DNA of 64,000 nt from Nanobdellota archaeon (GCA_038045825.1 JBBSXJ010000004.1:11465-75464); one strand, 5' to 3'. Shown: positions 34,601-43,206, numbered from the stretch's first letter. Notes: a model not told the origin generated them from the letters alone. Numbers and translations: made by a program.

Positions 34601-37276
34601 AGATACTTTGAGACAGAACCATACAAAGGATTGCCTGCTGTTGTTCCATTTGATTTGAATAGAGGATTTTATGCAGCAACTACTCAAGCTCTTCCTATAT
34701 TTGGAGGAACAAAGTCTTATGAAGATAATGGAAGACCTTCATCATTCTTTGTATGTAATGTTATGAAAGATAGCAACATAGGATTTTATTCTCCTAATTA
34801 TGGAGATGATGAATGTGTTCAGTTTAATATTTACACTGGGCAGTCATTTAGTAGCTTCCCTGGATTGACAGAACAAGAAACTAAGACAATTGTAAATAAT
34901 GCGATAAAAGCACTAAATGAGGCTTCTCAACAATATGGAAAGAGTAGCGTTAGAATTTTAGGTAATCAGATGAATGTTGGAAGAGCAGCGTCTCTTTTAC
35001 CTGGCTCGCAATGTCAAGATTATATGAGTCCTGAAGATTGTAAAATACTTTTCAATGTTTGTGATCCTGTAATTTGTCCTGCTTCTAGATGCAACTTTGG
35101 AGGAGAATATTATGTGTCTGATGTAATACAATCTGGTATTGTGGGAAGCGCTTTACTTTGTTTGCCTAATTACAAAGAAGGAATTGTAGCTCCTGTTTGT
35201 TTGACTGGAATAAAAGCTGGAATTGATGGTTATTTGAGTATCTTGAAGAGTCATCAACAATGTTTGCAGGAAGCTGTTGATACTGGAAGATATGTTGGAA
35301 TTTGTGATCAAATAAGTTCTGTATACTTGTGCGAGTTCTTCTGGAGACAGGCTGCTCCTCTTGCAAAGACATTACTTCCAAAATTAGTTGAAAGTGTTTA
35401 CTCTGGAGGACAAGGTTCAGTTAGGGGTGGAGGAGAATATATGACTGTTGCTTCTTCATGGCAAAATGCCCAAGATTCAGTTAGTTACTTTACACAGAGT
35501 TATGCTGTTAATTCATTTGAGGCATTTAGAGTAAGAAGTGTTGAAGAGGCAGGTACTGAAATTTGTAGAGCATTTATATCTGCTAAAGTTCCTAGTAGTT
35601 TCGATACATTAGTTGAACCTGACTCCCCTTCCCAGTTTCACGCATGGTATAGCTCAATAGATTATACTGATGCAACTGTTCCTGCGACATCACAGTATAA
35701 AGTATTTTATCATATATTTGCAGGAAAGGATAGAGGAGTTTCTTACTCTGTTTATTTGAGAGATCCTCCTTCTAGTTCTCAATATGCTTCCGCTCCTATA
35801 ATAACAGTTGCTACGGGATTTGTTGCTAGGGGACAATATGCAACTGAAAGTAAAGATTTTACTGCGCCTAAAGGATATCAGCAGTTGTGTGTAAGAATAA
35901 ACGATAAAGAAGAATGTGGATTCAAACAAGTTTCATCTAGTTTTGCAATAAATTATGTTAGAGATAAAGTAGTATCTGACGAATTGACTAGAAATAATAT
36001 TGTTAGTGAAACTGAATGTATATCTGGAAGCGTTAATCCTTCTGCTCTTCTTAATCCTAATTTACAAAGTGCTGCTGAAGAGGCATTTAATCCAGCAATA
36101 TATAATAGAGGAATTGTAAGAGTTTGTGCTACATCTAATCCTGGAAGCAAGACAGAGCCTAGCAGATATGTTGATGTTGGATATTGTGGAGAAGAAAGAC
36201 TCAGATGCTGGCTTGATAAGAATAGTCTTGATGAAGCAATAAGTGATATAAATGTTGGATTGAAGAACCAAACATTAAGTGAAGTTGAGACTATTCAGAA
36301 AGGATATTTGAATGAAGGAAAGAGATATGAATCGTCTGCTGATTTAGATTCTGGTCTTAATGATATTAAATCTGATGTTGATAAAGTGGATAAAATTACT
36401 ATTGGCGGTGTTATTACAGAGTTAGATGGGTTATTTGCAAAGGCTGCATTTGATCATTACAAGGCAGAGATACTGCTTTACAAAGCAAATGCATACAGAA
36501 ATGCTTTCATTAATTCTCTTGACAAAATAGAGATTTCAAATGCTCCTCAAAGTACATCTGAGAGTGCAGTTATCAACCAAAATGATTATACTTCTGTAGA
36601 TAGTTATGGTGATTTTGACTTGGATGCAGTTTATTTACATACAGCTTCTGGAAAGTACTATCAGGTTGTCTCTATTGATTCAGAAGTAGTAGTTTTGAGT
36701 AGATTGTTGAGATGGGGAGTTTATGATACATCTGATTCTATTGAAATCTTTAGAAATAGTGGTGCTGAAGTTTTTAGTTCGTTGGTAAGGTATAATGGAA
36801 ATGGTAACCTATTTGGTTCTGTAAACTCTGGGTCTACTATGTCTTCTAGTGGAAAAAGAATTTTGAGCTTTAAGGATACTTACAACCGAAGAAGTAGATC
36901 TTATATTTTACTAGATGAATCTTACACAGGAATTTATTTGCTTGGAAGTGGAATTTACTTGGATGAAAATTCTCAAGATATAGGGAGTGTAAGTGCGCAA
37001 GGAAAAATTAGATTTTTAGAAGCTGGCAGAAATATTGTTGAAACAACTTTTGGAGATGGAATGTATGAATTTTTAAACAATAGATTATGGGTTACAAATA
37101 TAGAAGGTAGATGCGATTTAGACATTTTAGCTGTTACTAGTGGCGTTGTTATCACTTCTTGTGTGAAAGTTCCTAATTGTACTAATCCTCAAGAGTGCGC
37201 AAACGTTCAGGGAGGAAATGAAGAAGATTATTATTGTCAAGAACAAATGTGTTACCCAGAAGATATGGGAAATTGA
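31637..37276 (+). CDS. 1879-aa secreted cysteine-rich giant protein, unknown family
   Basis: Uninterrupted 5.6-kb ORF with signal peptide MRKLFLIFSIALFLLSFVGA/QVV. A 10-Cys hydrophobic core lies at aa 1126-1232 and a hydrophobic segment at aa 657-684. No recognisable catalytic or adhesin motif. Confidence 0.85.
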   Translation: MRKLFLIFSIALFLLSFVGAQVVGSDGNNNFFGSRTGTASFVNYGSSFSSYYGSNANTYWPILSNRDSSCMGSQDILIQVSPIGCQPAVVRSDLLAEQNVPVFCQLDLLQVNPAINIKQIRNIRFGGRYPEYVAGVGFHPANAALRTTNSLLGTPLESNIGYVVVVLKRNPNEDEIPEFFNFTLSASIDYYSGNAVGIGATEMLLKETNNEEWEVAKNRQTLFGGKMSVRVKDTDSNNSIVLQLYSGDIEYSQVTLQKNSPQSNAVYLPGSYCQTALQFTYNDFVSPSAIARVQVDEDVLDLYEGSRFLNNKCLVRRITDNSVDINCGREIINLTTVARSFDVGERVYLVNAKFEVVRDKEYTISKINNEPSGTTYTLEGVEKPVSSTYLRPVSQEVLYEATYGEYEDYIVNATSYYETIANEYGNLRKQQELGEEYGEVALSAAIDLAIDYSKKVTADRLINKYIESYPNGKNKDRYLRALNDLYIKDNSLGTKSVQSDDGYHLFKLIDITPIAKKSNAKISWGSGPEKLVNYGETVGFDVGRITLVKVRDRQTVDISAVCNNRNLQDFNNSVRLGSPTVVTACGVSLRVNSIEFEDYVKLRVSPVTRSGTTGNFTVGIGIEKRVIELTPDKARKKIENLNKSIQKWEAISEKLGEVVTGLKTACFATAGVLTVKNFFTGLSGEALARRSVMSGDDGWTRFCQSEVNAGRQSSLTACYNANSADIRKDVNARVDAIEETNAVTKQVEDGAKYVNREGVFSGTNFDDNKAKEALIVKIKQECSSQQLGPKSAGASTPYNTVPDLFPAGYNVDSYSYTQLRDIYFNCKTINGDGSSRGDLAARSQLDSIGYSISERLKYDSDIKSLQTASSGTGLANAPTYVAGNDKAIIGEYYGGKVNALDFGLPSSEVGKPAQVVYYNSQPYLFVLKEEAGGKLVTDKVYSLSKEGQGYVVPSSFAEATTVKEKFSRFETRDSKSYNNKFAPGESTVRYFETEPYKGLPAVVPFDLNRGFYAATTQALPIFGGTKSYEDNGRPSSFFVCNVMKDSNIGFYSPNYGDDECVQFNIYTGQSFSSFPGLTEQETKTIVNNAIKALNEASQQYGKSSVRILGNQMNVGRAASLLPGSQCQDYMSPEDCKILFNVCDPVICPASRCNFGGEYYVSDVIQSGIVGSALLCLPNYKEGIVAPVCLTGIKAGIDGYLSILKSHQQCLQEAVDTGRYVGICDQISSVYLCEFFWRQAAPLAKTLLPKLVESVYSGGQGSVRGGGEYMTVASSWQNAQDSVSYFTQSYAVNSFEAFRVRSVEEAGTEICRAFISAKVPSSFDTLVEPDSPSQFHAWYSSIDYTDATVPATSQYKVFYHIFAGKDRGVSYSVYLRDPPSSSQYASAPIITVATGFVARGQYATESKDFTAPKGYQQLCVRINDKEECGFKQVSSSFAINYVRDKVVSDELTRNNIVSETECISGSVNPSALLNPNLQSAAEEAFNPAIYNRGIVRVCATSNPGSKTEPSRYVDVGYCGEERLRCWLDKNSLDEAISDINVGLKNQTLSEVETIQKGYLNEGKRYESSADLDSGLNDIKSDVDKVDKITIGGVITELDGLFAKAAFDHYKAEILLYKANAYRNAFINSLDKIEISNAPQSTSESAVINQNDYTSVDSYGDFDLDAVYLHTASGKYYQVVSIDSEVVVLSRLLRWGVYDTSDSIEIFRNSGAEVFSSLVRYNGNGNLFGSVNSGSTMSSSGKRILSFKDTYNRRSRSYILLDESYTGIYLLGSGIYLDENSQDIGSVSAQGKIRFLEAGRNIVETTFGDGMYEFLNNRLWVTNIEGRCDLDILAVTSGVVITSCVKVPNCTNPQECANVQGGNEEDYYCQEQMCYPEDMGN

Positions 37277-37292
37277 ACTAAATATCTTTAAT

Positions 37293-38126
37293 TTACTTTA
37301 GAGGATCTTGTTTAGGAGACTCAGGCTGCAGTTGAGGTTTTTGATCAGGAACTATTACACTAGGTATGATTAATCCTTTATTTCTTAATTCTTCTAACTT
37401 TCTTAAATCCTCTGTAGCTTGTATTGAGGCAGCTTCTGCAGCTCTTTGCTGCTCTAAGTATTCATTTCTTTCTTTATCATAGACTTCCCTCTTTATTTCA
37501 GTCCATAAGTATATTTGACGTGGATTTCTTAAACTTATTTCACCAGTAGCTAGATCTGTTAGTACTACTGCGTCTTTTGCTGGAGAGATTAATGTTCCTA
37601 ATCTATCTCCCTTTTCATTTCTTAAAATTATTGTGTAAATTTGATGTTCTTCTCCGAAGAAAGGTGTTGGAACAAAGGATTTTACATTTTTAGGTTTAAG
37701 AGTAGCTACTCCTGCAAGACCTTTTAACTCTGGAAGATTTACTTCTGCTTTATTTCCGTATGCTCCTGTTATTGCGAATGTAACCTCATCTTCTGGTTTA
37801 CCGTCTCCATCTCTATCCCATTTAATAGGAACGAATAAAGAATTTGTTTTTGATTCTAAATCTATTGTTCCAGCACTTCTAGATTCTCTTAGTCTTGAAT
37901 TTGCTACTGCATCTCCTGTGTAAATCCATTCATTTGGTTTTACAACATCTGCTTTTTTTATTCCATACCAACTTCCAGCAACATTAGCTAAATATAAATC
38001 AAAGCCTATTTGGTTTTGATTGCGACTACCCATACTGTTTTTAACATATGGTGAATTAAGATGTTGAATTGTTGAGCAAGCTCCTAATGATAATAATGCA
38101 CCTAATGTTGCTAAATTTTTTCTCAT
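37293..38126 (-). CDS. Putative lipoprotein (lipobox-like SLGAC), unknown function
   Basis: MRKNLATLGALLSLGAC/STIQ. C-terminal coiled region and a Pro/Gln-rich tail. Convergent with the giant gene. Confidence 0.6.
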   Translation of the reverse strand: MRKNLATLGALLSLGACSTIQHLNSPYVKNSMGSRNQNQIGFDLYLANVAGSWYGIKKADVVKPNEWIYTGDAVANSRLRESRSAGTIDLESKTNSLFVPIKWDRDGDGKPEDEVTFAITGAYGNKAEVNLPELKGLAGVATLKPKNVKSFVPTPFFGEEHQIYTIILRNEKGDRLGTLISPAKDAVVLTDLATGEISLRNPRQIYLWTEIKREVYDKERNEYLEQQRAAEAASIQATEDLRKLEELRNKGLIIPSVIVPDQKPQLQPESPKQDPLK

Positions 38127-38209
38127 GTATATTTTAGAAAATTGCCGTTTTTAAATTTTTTTGCTATTTTGTTACTTAATTTAGTAGTAATTAATCAGAG
38201 GATATTTTA

Positions 38210-39154
38210 TTATTTAATTTGTGCTGTTTGTTTAGCCGCTTTATTTTCCACTTCTTTGAGTTTTAATTTGTCTTCAATTCCTAATCTGTCTATTAGTTCT
38301 TTGTATCTGTTTCTTATTGTAACTTCTGTTATTCCTGCTACATCTGCTACTTCTCTCTGTGTCTTCTTTTCATCATTAATTAAAGCTGAAACATATAATG
38401 CAGCTGCAGCAATTCCTGCTGGGCCTCTTCCTGAAGTTAATTCTGAAATATCTGCTTTTTTTAGTATTTTGATTGCTTCATTTTGAGCATGTGGGCTTAA
38501 GTGAAGGATTGATGAAAATCTTGAGATATAATCTTTAGGTGAACTTGGCTTGACTTTGATTCCTAATTTTCTTATGATAAATCTATATGTTCTACCTATT
38601 TCTTTTCTTGCTACGTCTGAAGCGTTTGCAATTTCATCTAGTGTTCTAGGAATATTGTAAGAACGGCATGCTGCGTATATACAAGCCGCAATAACTGATT
38701 CCATGCTTCTTCCTCTAACAAGACCTCTTTGAAGAACGAATTGGTATACTCTTGATGCTTCATCTCTAACTACTGATGGTAATGTTAAGAAAGAAGAAAC
38801 TCTCCTTAATTCTGCCATTGCAAGTCTTAAGTTTCTCTCAATAGATGTTGAAACTCTTTCCTGCCATTTCTTTAATCTAAGGAATTTTCTTGTTTGACCT
38901 GCTTCTAGTTTGTAAATATCTGAGATTTCTCCAATGTTAGTTGTTAGACCTTGATCGAACTTTTGTCTTGAGATAGGAGCTCCACCTCTTCCTTTCTTTT
39001 CTGATTTATCAAACTGACCTCCTACATCTTGGCCAGTATCAACCATTTTATCTTCTACAATAAGACCACAATCACCACAGATAATCTCTCCTTTTTGATC
39101 GTCGTGCGTAAGATTTATGCTGTTACACTCCGGACATCTTTTGACAAAACTCAT
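38210..39154 (-). CDS. tfb: Transcription initiation factor B (TFB)
   Basis: N-terminal zinc ribbon CPECNS...CGDCGLIV, a B-reader region, and two cyclin-fold repeats (ACIYAACR.., AAAALYVS..). Confidence 0.95.
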   Translation of the reverse strand: MSFVKRCPECNSINLTHDDQKGEIICGDCGLIVEDKMVDTGQDVGGQFDKSEKKGRGGAPISRQKFDQGLTTNIGEISDIYKLEAGQTRKFLRLKKWQERVSTSIERNLRLAMAELRRVSSFLTLPSVVRDEASRVYQFVLQRGLVRGRSMESVIAACIYAACRSYNIPRTLDEIANASDVARKEIGRTYRFIIRKLGIKVKPSSPKDYISRFSSILHLSPHAQNEAIKILKKADISELTSGRGPAGIAAAALYVSALINDEKKTQREVADVAGITEVTIRNRYKELIDRLGIEDKLKLKEVENKAAKQTAQIK

Positions 39155-39209
39155 GATTGGAAAACTTTATATAGTGTTGCGAAGAAATGACTTTATAAAC
39201 CTTTCTAGT

Positions 39210-39569
39210 TTATTCGACTAGAACTGCGTTTATTATGCCTTCTCTTGAAGGTCTGTTTGTTATCTTTGCCTTTCCTTTGGAGGTTTCTATGATTGCACCC
39301 CTGATTAGTCTGTTTTGACGTGCTAAGAATACATCTTGAGGTGTTTGAATAACGTTTTTTATATCAACCTGCTCTGTTTTCTTTCCAATTGTTAAGTTAG
39401 CTTTGTTTGATTTTAATAGAACAGACTTTTTTGATCCACCCATTGTTCTTATTGTTTTTCTCTTAGTCTCGCCTAGAGTTGTCTTATTTTCTTGTGACTG
39501 GCTCTCATACCATCTTTTCTTTCTATTTCTATGGTATTTTCCACCAGTTGTTTTTCTTCCAATATTCAT
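39210..39569 (-). CDS. rps8e: Ribosomal protein S8e
   Basis: GRKTTGGKYHRNRKKR...KTIRTMGGSKK...LIRGAIIETSKGKAKITNRPSREG matches S8e. The TATA CGTTTAAAAAC lies about 25 nt upstream. Confidence 0.9.
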   Translation of the reverse strand: MNIGRKTTGGKYHRNRKKRWYESQSQENKTTLGETKRKTIRTMGGSKKSVLLKSNKANLTIGKKTEQVDIKNVIQTPQDVFLARQNRLIRGAIIETSKGKAKITNRPSREGIINAVLVE

Positions 39570-39676
39570 GTAATCATCTTCTAATTATTGTTTTTAAACG
39601 TTTCTAAATGCCGGGCTTTGCACATAAAGTCTAAGATGCACAAAAAGTAAGAACTTAATATAATTTATAATTAAGA

Positions 39677-40306
39677 TTATCTTTTCTGCTTTTGTGTTTC
39701 TGGCTTTCTACTATTATAGTTTCTAATGATATTATCTGCATATCTTGCTACTCTAGGATCATCTTCCTTTTGAGTTATAATTTTTAGATCTGCTACAATT
39801 GCTTCATTTACTTTATCAGGGTGTACTAAAAGATCTGCTAAAGCATCCATTCTATCATACCATATATCTAACGCCTTATATCCAAAATCTGTTGATGTTT
39901 TTATAGTTAATCTTTCTTTTTCAGCTTGAAATTCTTGATAAGCTCTAGTATTGGAAAAGTTTCCAATGGACTTATAACTTCTAACCATAGAATTTGCAGT
40001 AGTTCTAATTATTTTATGATCATCGCTTCTAGCAATTACTTCTAAATCTTTGATTGTTTCTGGATTAATTGACCTAGGATCATTAGCTCTTGCTAAACTT
40101 TCTATGCTGTCTAATCTTTGATACCATATATCATTTGCAACATAATTAAAATTGTTTTCTACTTCTATTACTTTAGAAGGAACGTATGGTTCTATTGTAG
40201 AAATTACTGGGATTTGAGTTTGAGGTGATTTATTTAAATTATATGCTCCAAAAGCTACTGCTCCTGCTAATAATGTTCCTAACGCGATTTTTGATGTTCT
40301 TTTCAT
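39677..40306 (-). CDS. Secreted/anchored protein with two internal ~75-aa repeats
   Basis: Signal MKRTSKIALGTLLAGAVAFGA. Repeats: ANDIWYQRLDSIESLA...IIRTTANSMVRSYKS and ALDIWYDRMDALADLL...RVARYADNIIRNYNS. Confidence 0.6.
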   Translation of the reverse strand: MKRTSKIALGTLLAGAVAFGAYNLNKSPQTQIPVISTIEPYVPSKVIEVENNFNYVANDIWYQRLDSIESLARANDPRSINPETIKDLEVIARSDDHKIIRTTANSMVRSYKSIGNFSNTRAYQEFQAEKERLTIKTSTDFGYKALDIWYDRMDALADLLVHPDKVNEAIVADLKIITQKEDDPRVARYADNIIRNYNSRKPETQKQKR

Positions 40307-40396
40307 TTTATCTATTTTTGATTAAAATAAAGATTATTTAAATCTTTGTATTGTTATTACTTATAAGTTAAATAATTTTATTAAAAATTTATTTAG

Positions 40397-40444
40397 TTTA
40401 GAGACACTTTAGAGACGTTTGGAAGTTTAGAGACAGACTCTAAA
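40397..40444. promoter_or_regulatory. Array of TTTAGAGAC repeats (3 direct copies plus 1 inverted copy) upstream of the 40485 gene
   Basis: Direct copies at 40397, 40408 and 40426. The inverted GACTCTAAA at 40436..40444 forms TTTAGAG-5 nt-CTCTAAA with copy 3. The TATA AAGCTTATATAAT follows at about 40452. Confidence 0.5.
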
Positions 40445-40484
40445 TGCCGATAAAGCTTATATAATGAATTTTCTTTTTTCTTAG

Positions 40485-41123
40485 ATGTCAAAAAAGGGTG
40501 GTTTGTTTGTTATTTTTATATTATTCTTCCTTTTAATTACTTCAATTATATCTGCAGGATTTTTCTATTTTTCTGCTAAAGAGCTTTTTTCAAGCATTTC
40601 CGGATATGCTACTAGTGTTGGGGAAGTTAATTTGACTGTAGAGTCAGACGCTTCAATTACATTTAACGTTTCTCAAATTAATTGGGGTTCAGGAAGGGTT
40701 AACGATGGATCTTCTTATGCTGGACTTAATACATTTGAGACAAATAATGTTACTAATGGAAATTGGACTTTGCAAAATTCAGGTGGTTTAAGACTTGAGA
40801 ATTCAGGAACTGTTAACTTAACTTTAAACTTGAGCGGTACAAAGACAGCTGCTCAGCTTATAGGCGGAACAAACCCAAGCTATAGATGGAATATTACTAA
40901 TCTTGATGCTGGAAGCTGTAGAAACTCTTCTGGAGGTACTGGAGCTTTGGCTTTGAACTTCTTTTACAATGTTAATACCACTAGTGCATTGTTCTGTAAT
41001 TATTTTCTTTTTGGAAATACTGAAGATAGTATAAGAATTGATTTCAATTTGACGGTTCCTTCAGACTCACTTACAGGTTCTTTAGGAGATACAATAACTG
41101 CAATAGCTTTTCCTACTTCTTGA
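40485..41123 (+). CDS. Secreted beta-rich protein with prepilin-like leader and dense N-glycosylation sequons
   Basis: MSKKG/GLFVIFILFFLLITSIISAGFF. At least 10 NxS/T sequons (NLT, NVS, NVT, NWT, NLS, NIT, NSS, NTT). Confidence 0.65.
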   Translation: MSKKGGLFVIFILFFLLITSIISAGFFYFSAKELFSSISGYATSVGEVNLTVESDASITFNVSQINWGSGRVNDGSSYAGLNTFETNNVTNGNWTLQNSGGLRLENSGTVNLTLNLSGTKTAAQLIGGTNPSYRWNITNLDAGSCRNSSGGTGALALNFFYNVNTTSALFCNYFLFGNTEDSIRIDFNLTVPSDSLTGSLGDTITAIAFPTS

Positions 41124-41246
41124 TTTTATTATGTTCTCTTAAACTTTATATTTTTTTAGAACAAATTTTATACAAATTTAATTGATATTAACAAGCATAA
41201 AACTTAGCACAATAAGTTTTATATACTCTCATTGTAAAAATCGATT

Positions 41247-41477
41247 ATGGCAAACGTCATTGAGAGACCTCTTGACCTTTTGAACAATTCAAAGGGAAAG
41301 GAAGTTATTGTGCAGTTAAAGAACGACAGACAGTTTTCTGGGGTGCTGAAGGCATTTGATATACATATCAATATTGTCCTTGATCACGCCAAGGAAATGG
41401 TTAATGGCGAACTAAAGAGAAATTATGGCCCAACTTTCTTGCGCGGGGACACAATTATCTTTATTTCTCCTGCTTAA
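41247..41477 (+). CDS. Sm-like archaeal protein (SmAP/LSm)
   Basis: 76 aa. Sm1 VIVQLKNDRQFSGVLKAFDIHINIVL and Sm2 FLRGDTIIFI. Confidence 0.85.
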   Translation: MANVIERPLDLLNNSKGKEVIVQLKNDRQFSGVLKAFDIHINIVLDHAKEMVNGELKRNYGPTFLRGDTIIFISPA

Positions 41478-41568
41478 TTCTTAATTGCTTTTAATTGATC
41501 TAGAAATTATTTTTATTTTATTACTTTGGAGTCTAAAGATTTAATAATTTGTTTTTATTAATATATGA

Positions 41569-42189
41569 ATGGATAGCTTTGATAGTATTTATTCAAAACC
41601 AGGGATTGCTCCTTGGACTTATAAAAAAATTCCTTCCGAACTTGTTAAAATTGTAAAAGATAAATTGATTCAAAAAGACAGCAATATATTAGAGATTGGA
41701 TGTGGTGAAGGTCATGGTGCTATTTTCTTTGCAAAAAAAGGATATTTCGTTACCGCTATTGATAGTTCTGAAAAAGCTATTATGATTGCTGAAAATAATG
41801 CTCTTAAAGAAAATCTTCATATCGATTTTAAAGTAATGAAATGGAGTGATATTTCAAGTTTTAAACAAAAATTTGATTTTATATTTGATTGGAGATTTTT
41901 ACATGAAATTATAGATGGAAATGAAAGAAACTCTTACTTGGAAAACATATATTCATTGCTAAAATCTAATGGTAAATATTTATCTGTCCATTTTAGCGGG
42001 GATTCTAGTTTCATGGGTAGCGGTAAAATAAGAAAATCTCCTGTTGGAATAAACATTTACTTTTCTACTTTGAAAGAATCTAAAGCATTAATTGGGAGCA
42101 TCTTTAAGATTTTAGAAAGTAAACATATTATTGTTCCTCAAAAACCAAATCTTAAAATTTTAGCTAATTATGTTCTTGCTGAAAAATAA
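41569..42189 (+). CDS. Class I SAM-dependent methyltransferase
   Basis: Motif I ILEIGCGEGHGAIFFA, motif II VTAIDSSEKAI, then FDFIFDW. Confidence 0.75.
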   Translation: MDSFDSIYSKPGIAPWTYKKIPSELVKIVKDKLIQKDSNILEIGCGEGHGAIFFAKKGYFVTAIDSSEKAIMIAENNALKENLHIDFKVMKWSDISSFKQKFDFIFDWRFLHEIIDGNERNSYLENIYSLLKSNGKYLSVHFSGDSSFMGSGKIRKSPVGINIYFSTLKESKALIGSIFKILESKHIIVPQKPNLKILANYVLAEK

Positions 42190-43086
42190 TTAAACTTTCA
42201 GAATATCTAAGTCTTCTGGGACTACAGTATTCTTGAAGACTTTTCTCGCTTCTTTTAGCATTTGTGGGATTCTATGAATGTGTTTTTCCGAGATATGAAC
42301 TAAGGCTAACTTCTTTGATTTTGATTTCTTTGCAATTGTTGCTGCTTGCTCTGTTGTAAGATGCTTGTATTCTTTTGCCTGTTCTTCTTCATTTGCAGCA
42401 TATGTTGATTCGCATATAAGTAGATCGCTGTCTTTTGCGAAGTTTACTGCGTTATTGTTCATAGCCGTATCTAGAATTATGGTTAATATTTTTCCTTCTT
42501 GCATATATGTAACATCTTTTGACTTTACTTTTTTACCATTATAGGTTATGTCTTTTCCTCTTTGTAAATCTCCAATTAAGGGAGAGTTTGGGAGCTTTAG
42601 TTTCTTTAATTTTGCTTTATCCAATCTTCTTACTTCTTTTATTATTATTTTGTATGCAAGAGTAGGCATTCCATGATCCATGTGCTGTGATTCTATTCTA
42701 ATGTCTTTATCTTCATAGACTAGACCGGTGTCTATTTCTTTTATTTCTATATTTATTTTAAATGGGAGATAAATTCTTTGAAACAACTCTATTTTTTCTT
42801 TTGTGTGCTTAGGCCCATAGATTTTTAGAATTTGGGAATAGCTATTCATCCCCATTGACTTTAGAAGAGGCACTAAACCTATTGTGTGGTCTTCATGCCA
42901 ATGAGTCAATAGAACATGTGTTAGTCTTTGAGGAATCTCTTCCGCCAATTTGAATTGCCTTTGTATTCCTTCTCCGCAGTCGAGCAAGATTTTGTGCCTG
43001 TCTGTTTTAATTAAGTAACCGCTATGGTTCTTTCTTTTAGAAGGAACTGTACTTCCCGTACCTAAACACACTACTTCTATGTTCAT
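42190..43086 (-). CDS. rnz: Ribonuclease Z (metallo-beta-lactamase tRNA 3' endonuclease)
   Basis: CLGTGS..P...RNHSGYLI, LLDCGEG, the HxHxDH equivalent LTHWHEDH, and C-terminal LVHIS. Confidence 0.8.
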   Translation of the reverse strand: MNIEVVCLGTGSTVPSKRKNHSGYLIKTDRHKILLDCGEGIQRQFKLAEEIPQRLTHVLLTHWHEDHTIGLVPLLKSMGMNSYSQILKIYGPKHTKEKIELFQRIYLPFKINIEIKEIDTGLVYEDKDIRIESQHMDHGMPTLAYKIIIKEVRRLDKAKLKKLKLPNSPLIGDLQRGKDITYNGKKVKSKDVTYMQEGKILTIILDTAMNNNAVNFAKDSDLLICESTYAANEEEQAKEYKHLTTEQAATIAKKSKSKKLALVHISEKHIHRIPQMLKEARKVFKNTVVPEDLDILKV

Positions 43087-43144
43087 AATCTCTACAACTG
43101 TTTTGTGTTTAAATACATTGTCTATGTATGAAATGTTTAAATAC

Positions 43145-43201
43145 TAAGTAAAACTTACTTAAATTAATCTTTAGTAAGTTATAATAATGCTTACTTAGTA
43201 A
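43145..43201. promoter_or_regulatory. Cluster of AGTAAG/CTTACT inverted repeats upstream of the second RHH-like gene
   Basis: TAAGTAA-AAC-TTACTTA (43145..43161), AGTAAG-11 nt-CTTACT (43173..43195) and TTACT-T-AGTAA (43191..43201). The half-site matches 29583..29597. Confidence 0.5.
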
Positions 43202-43206
43202 ATGAA

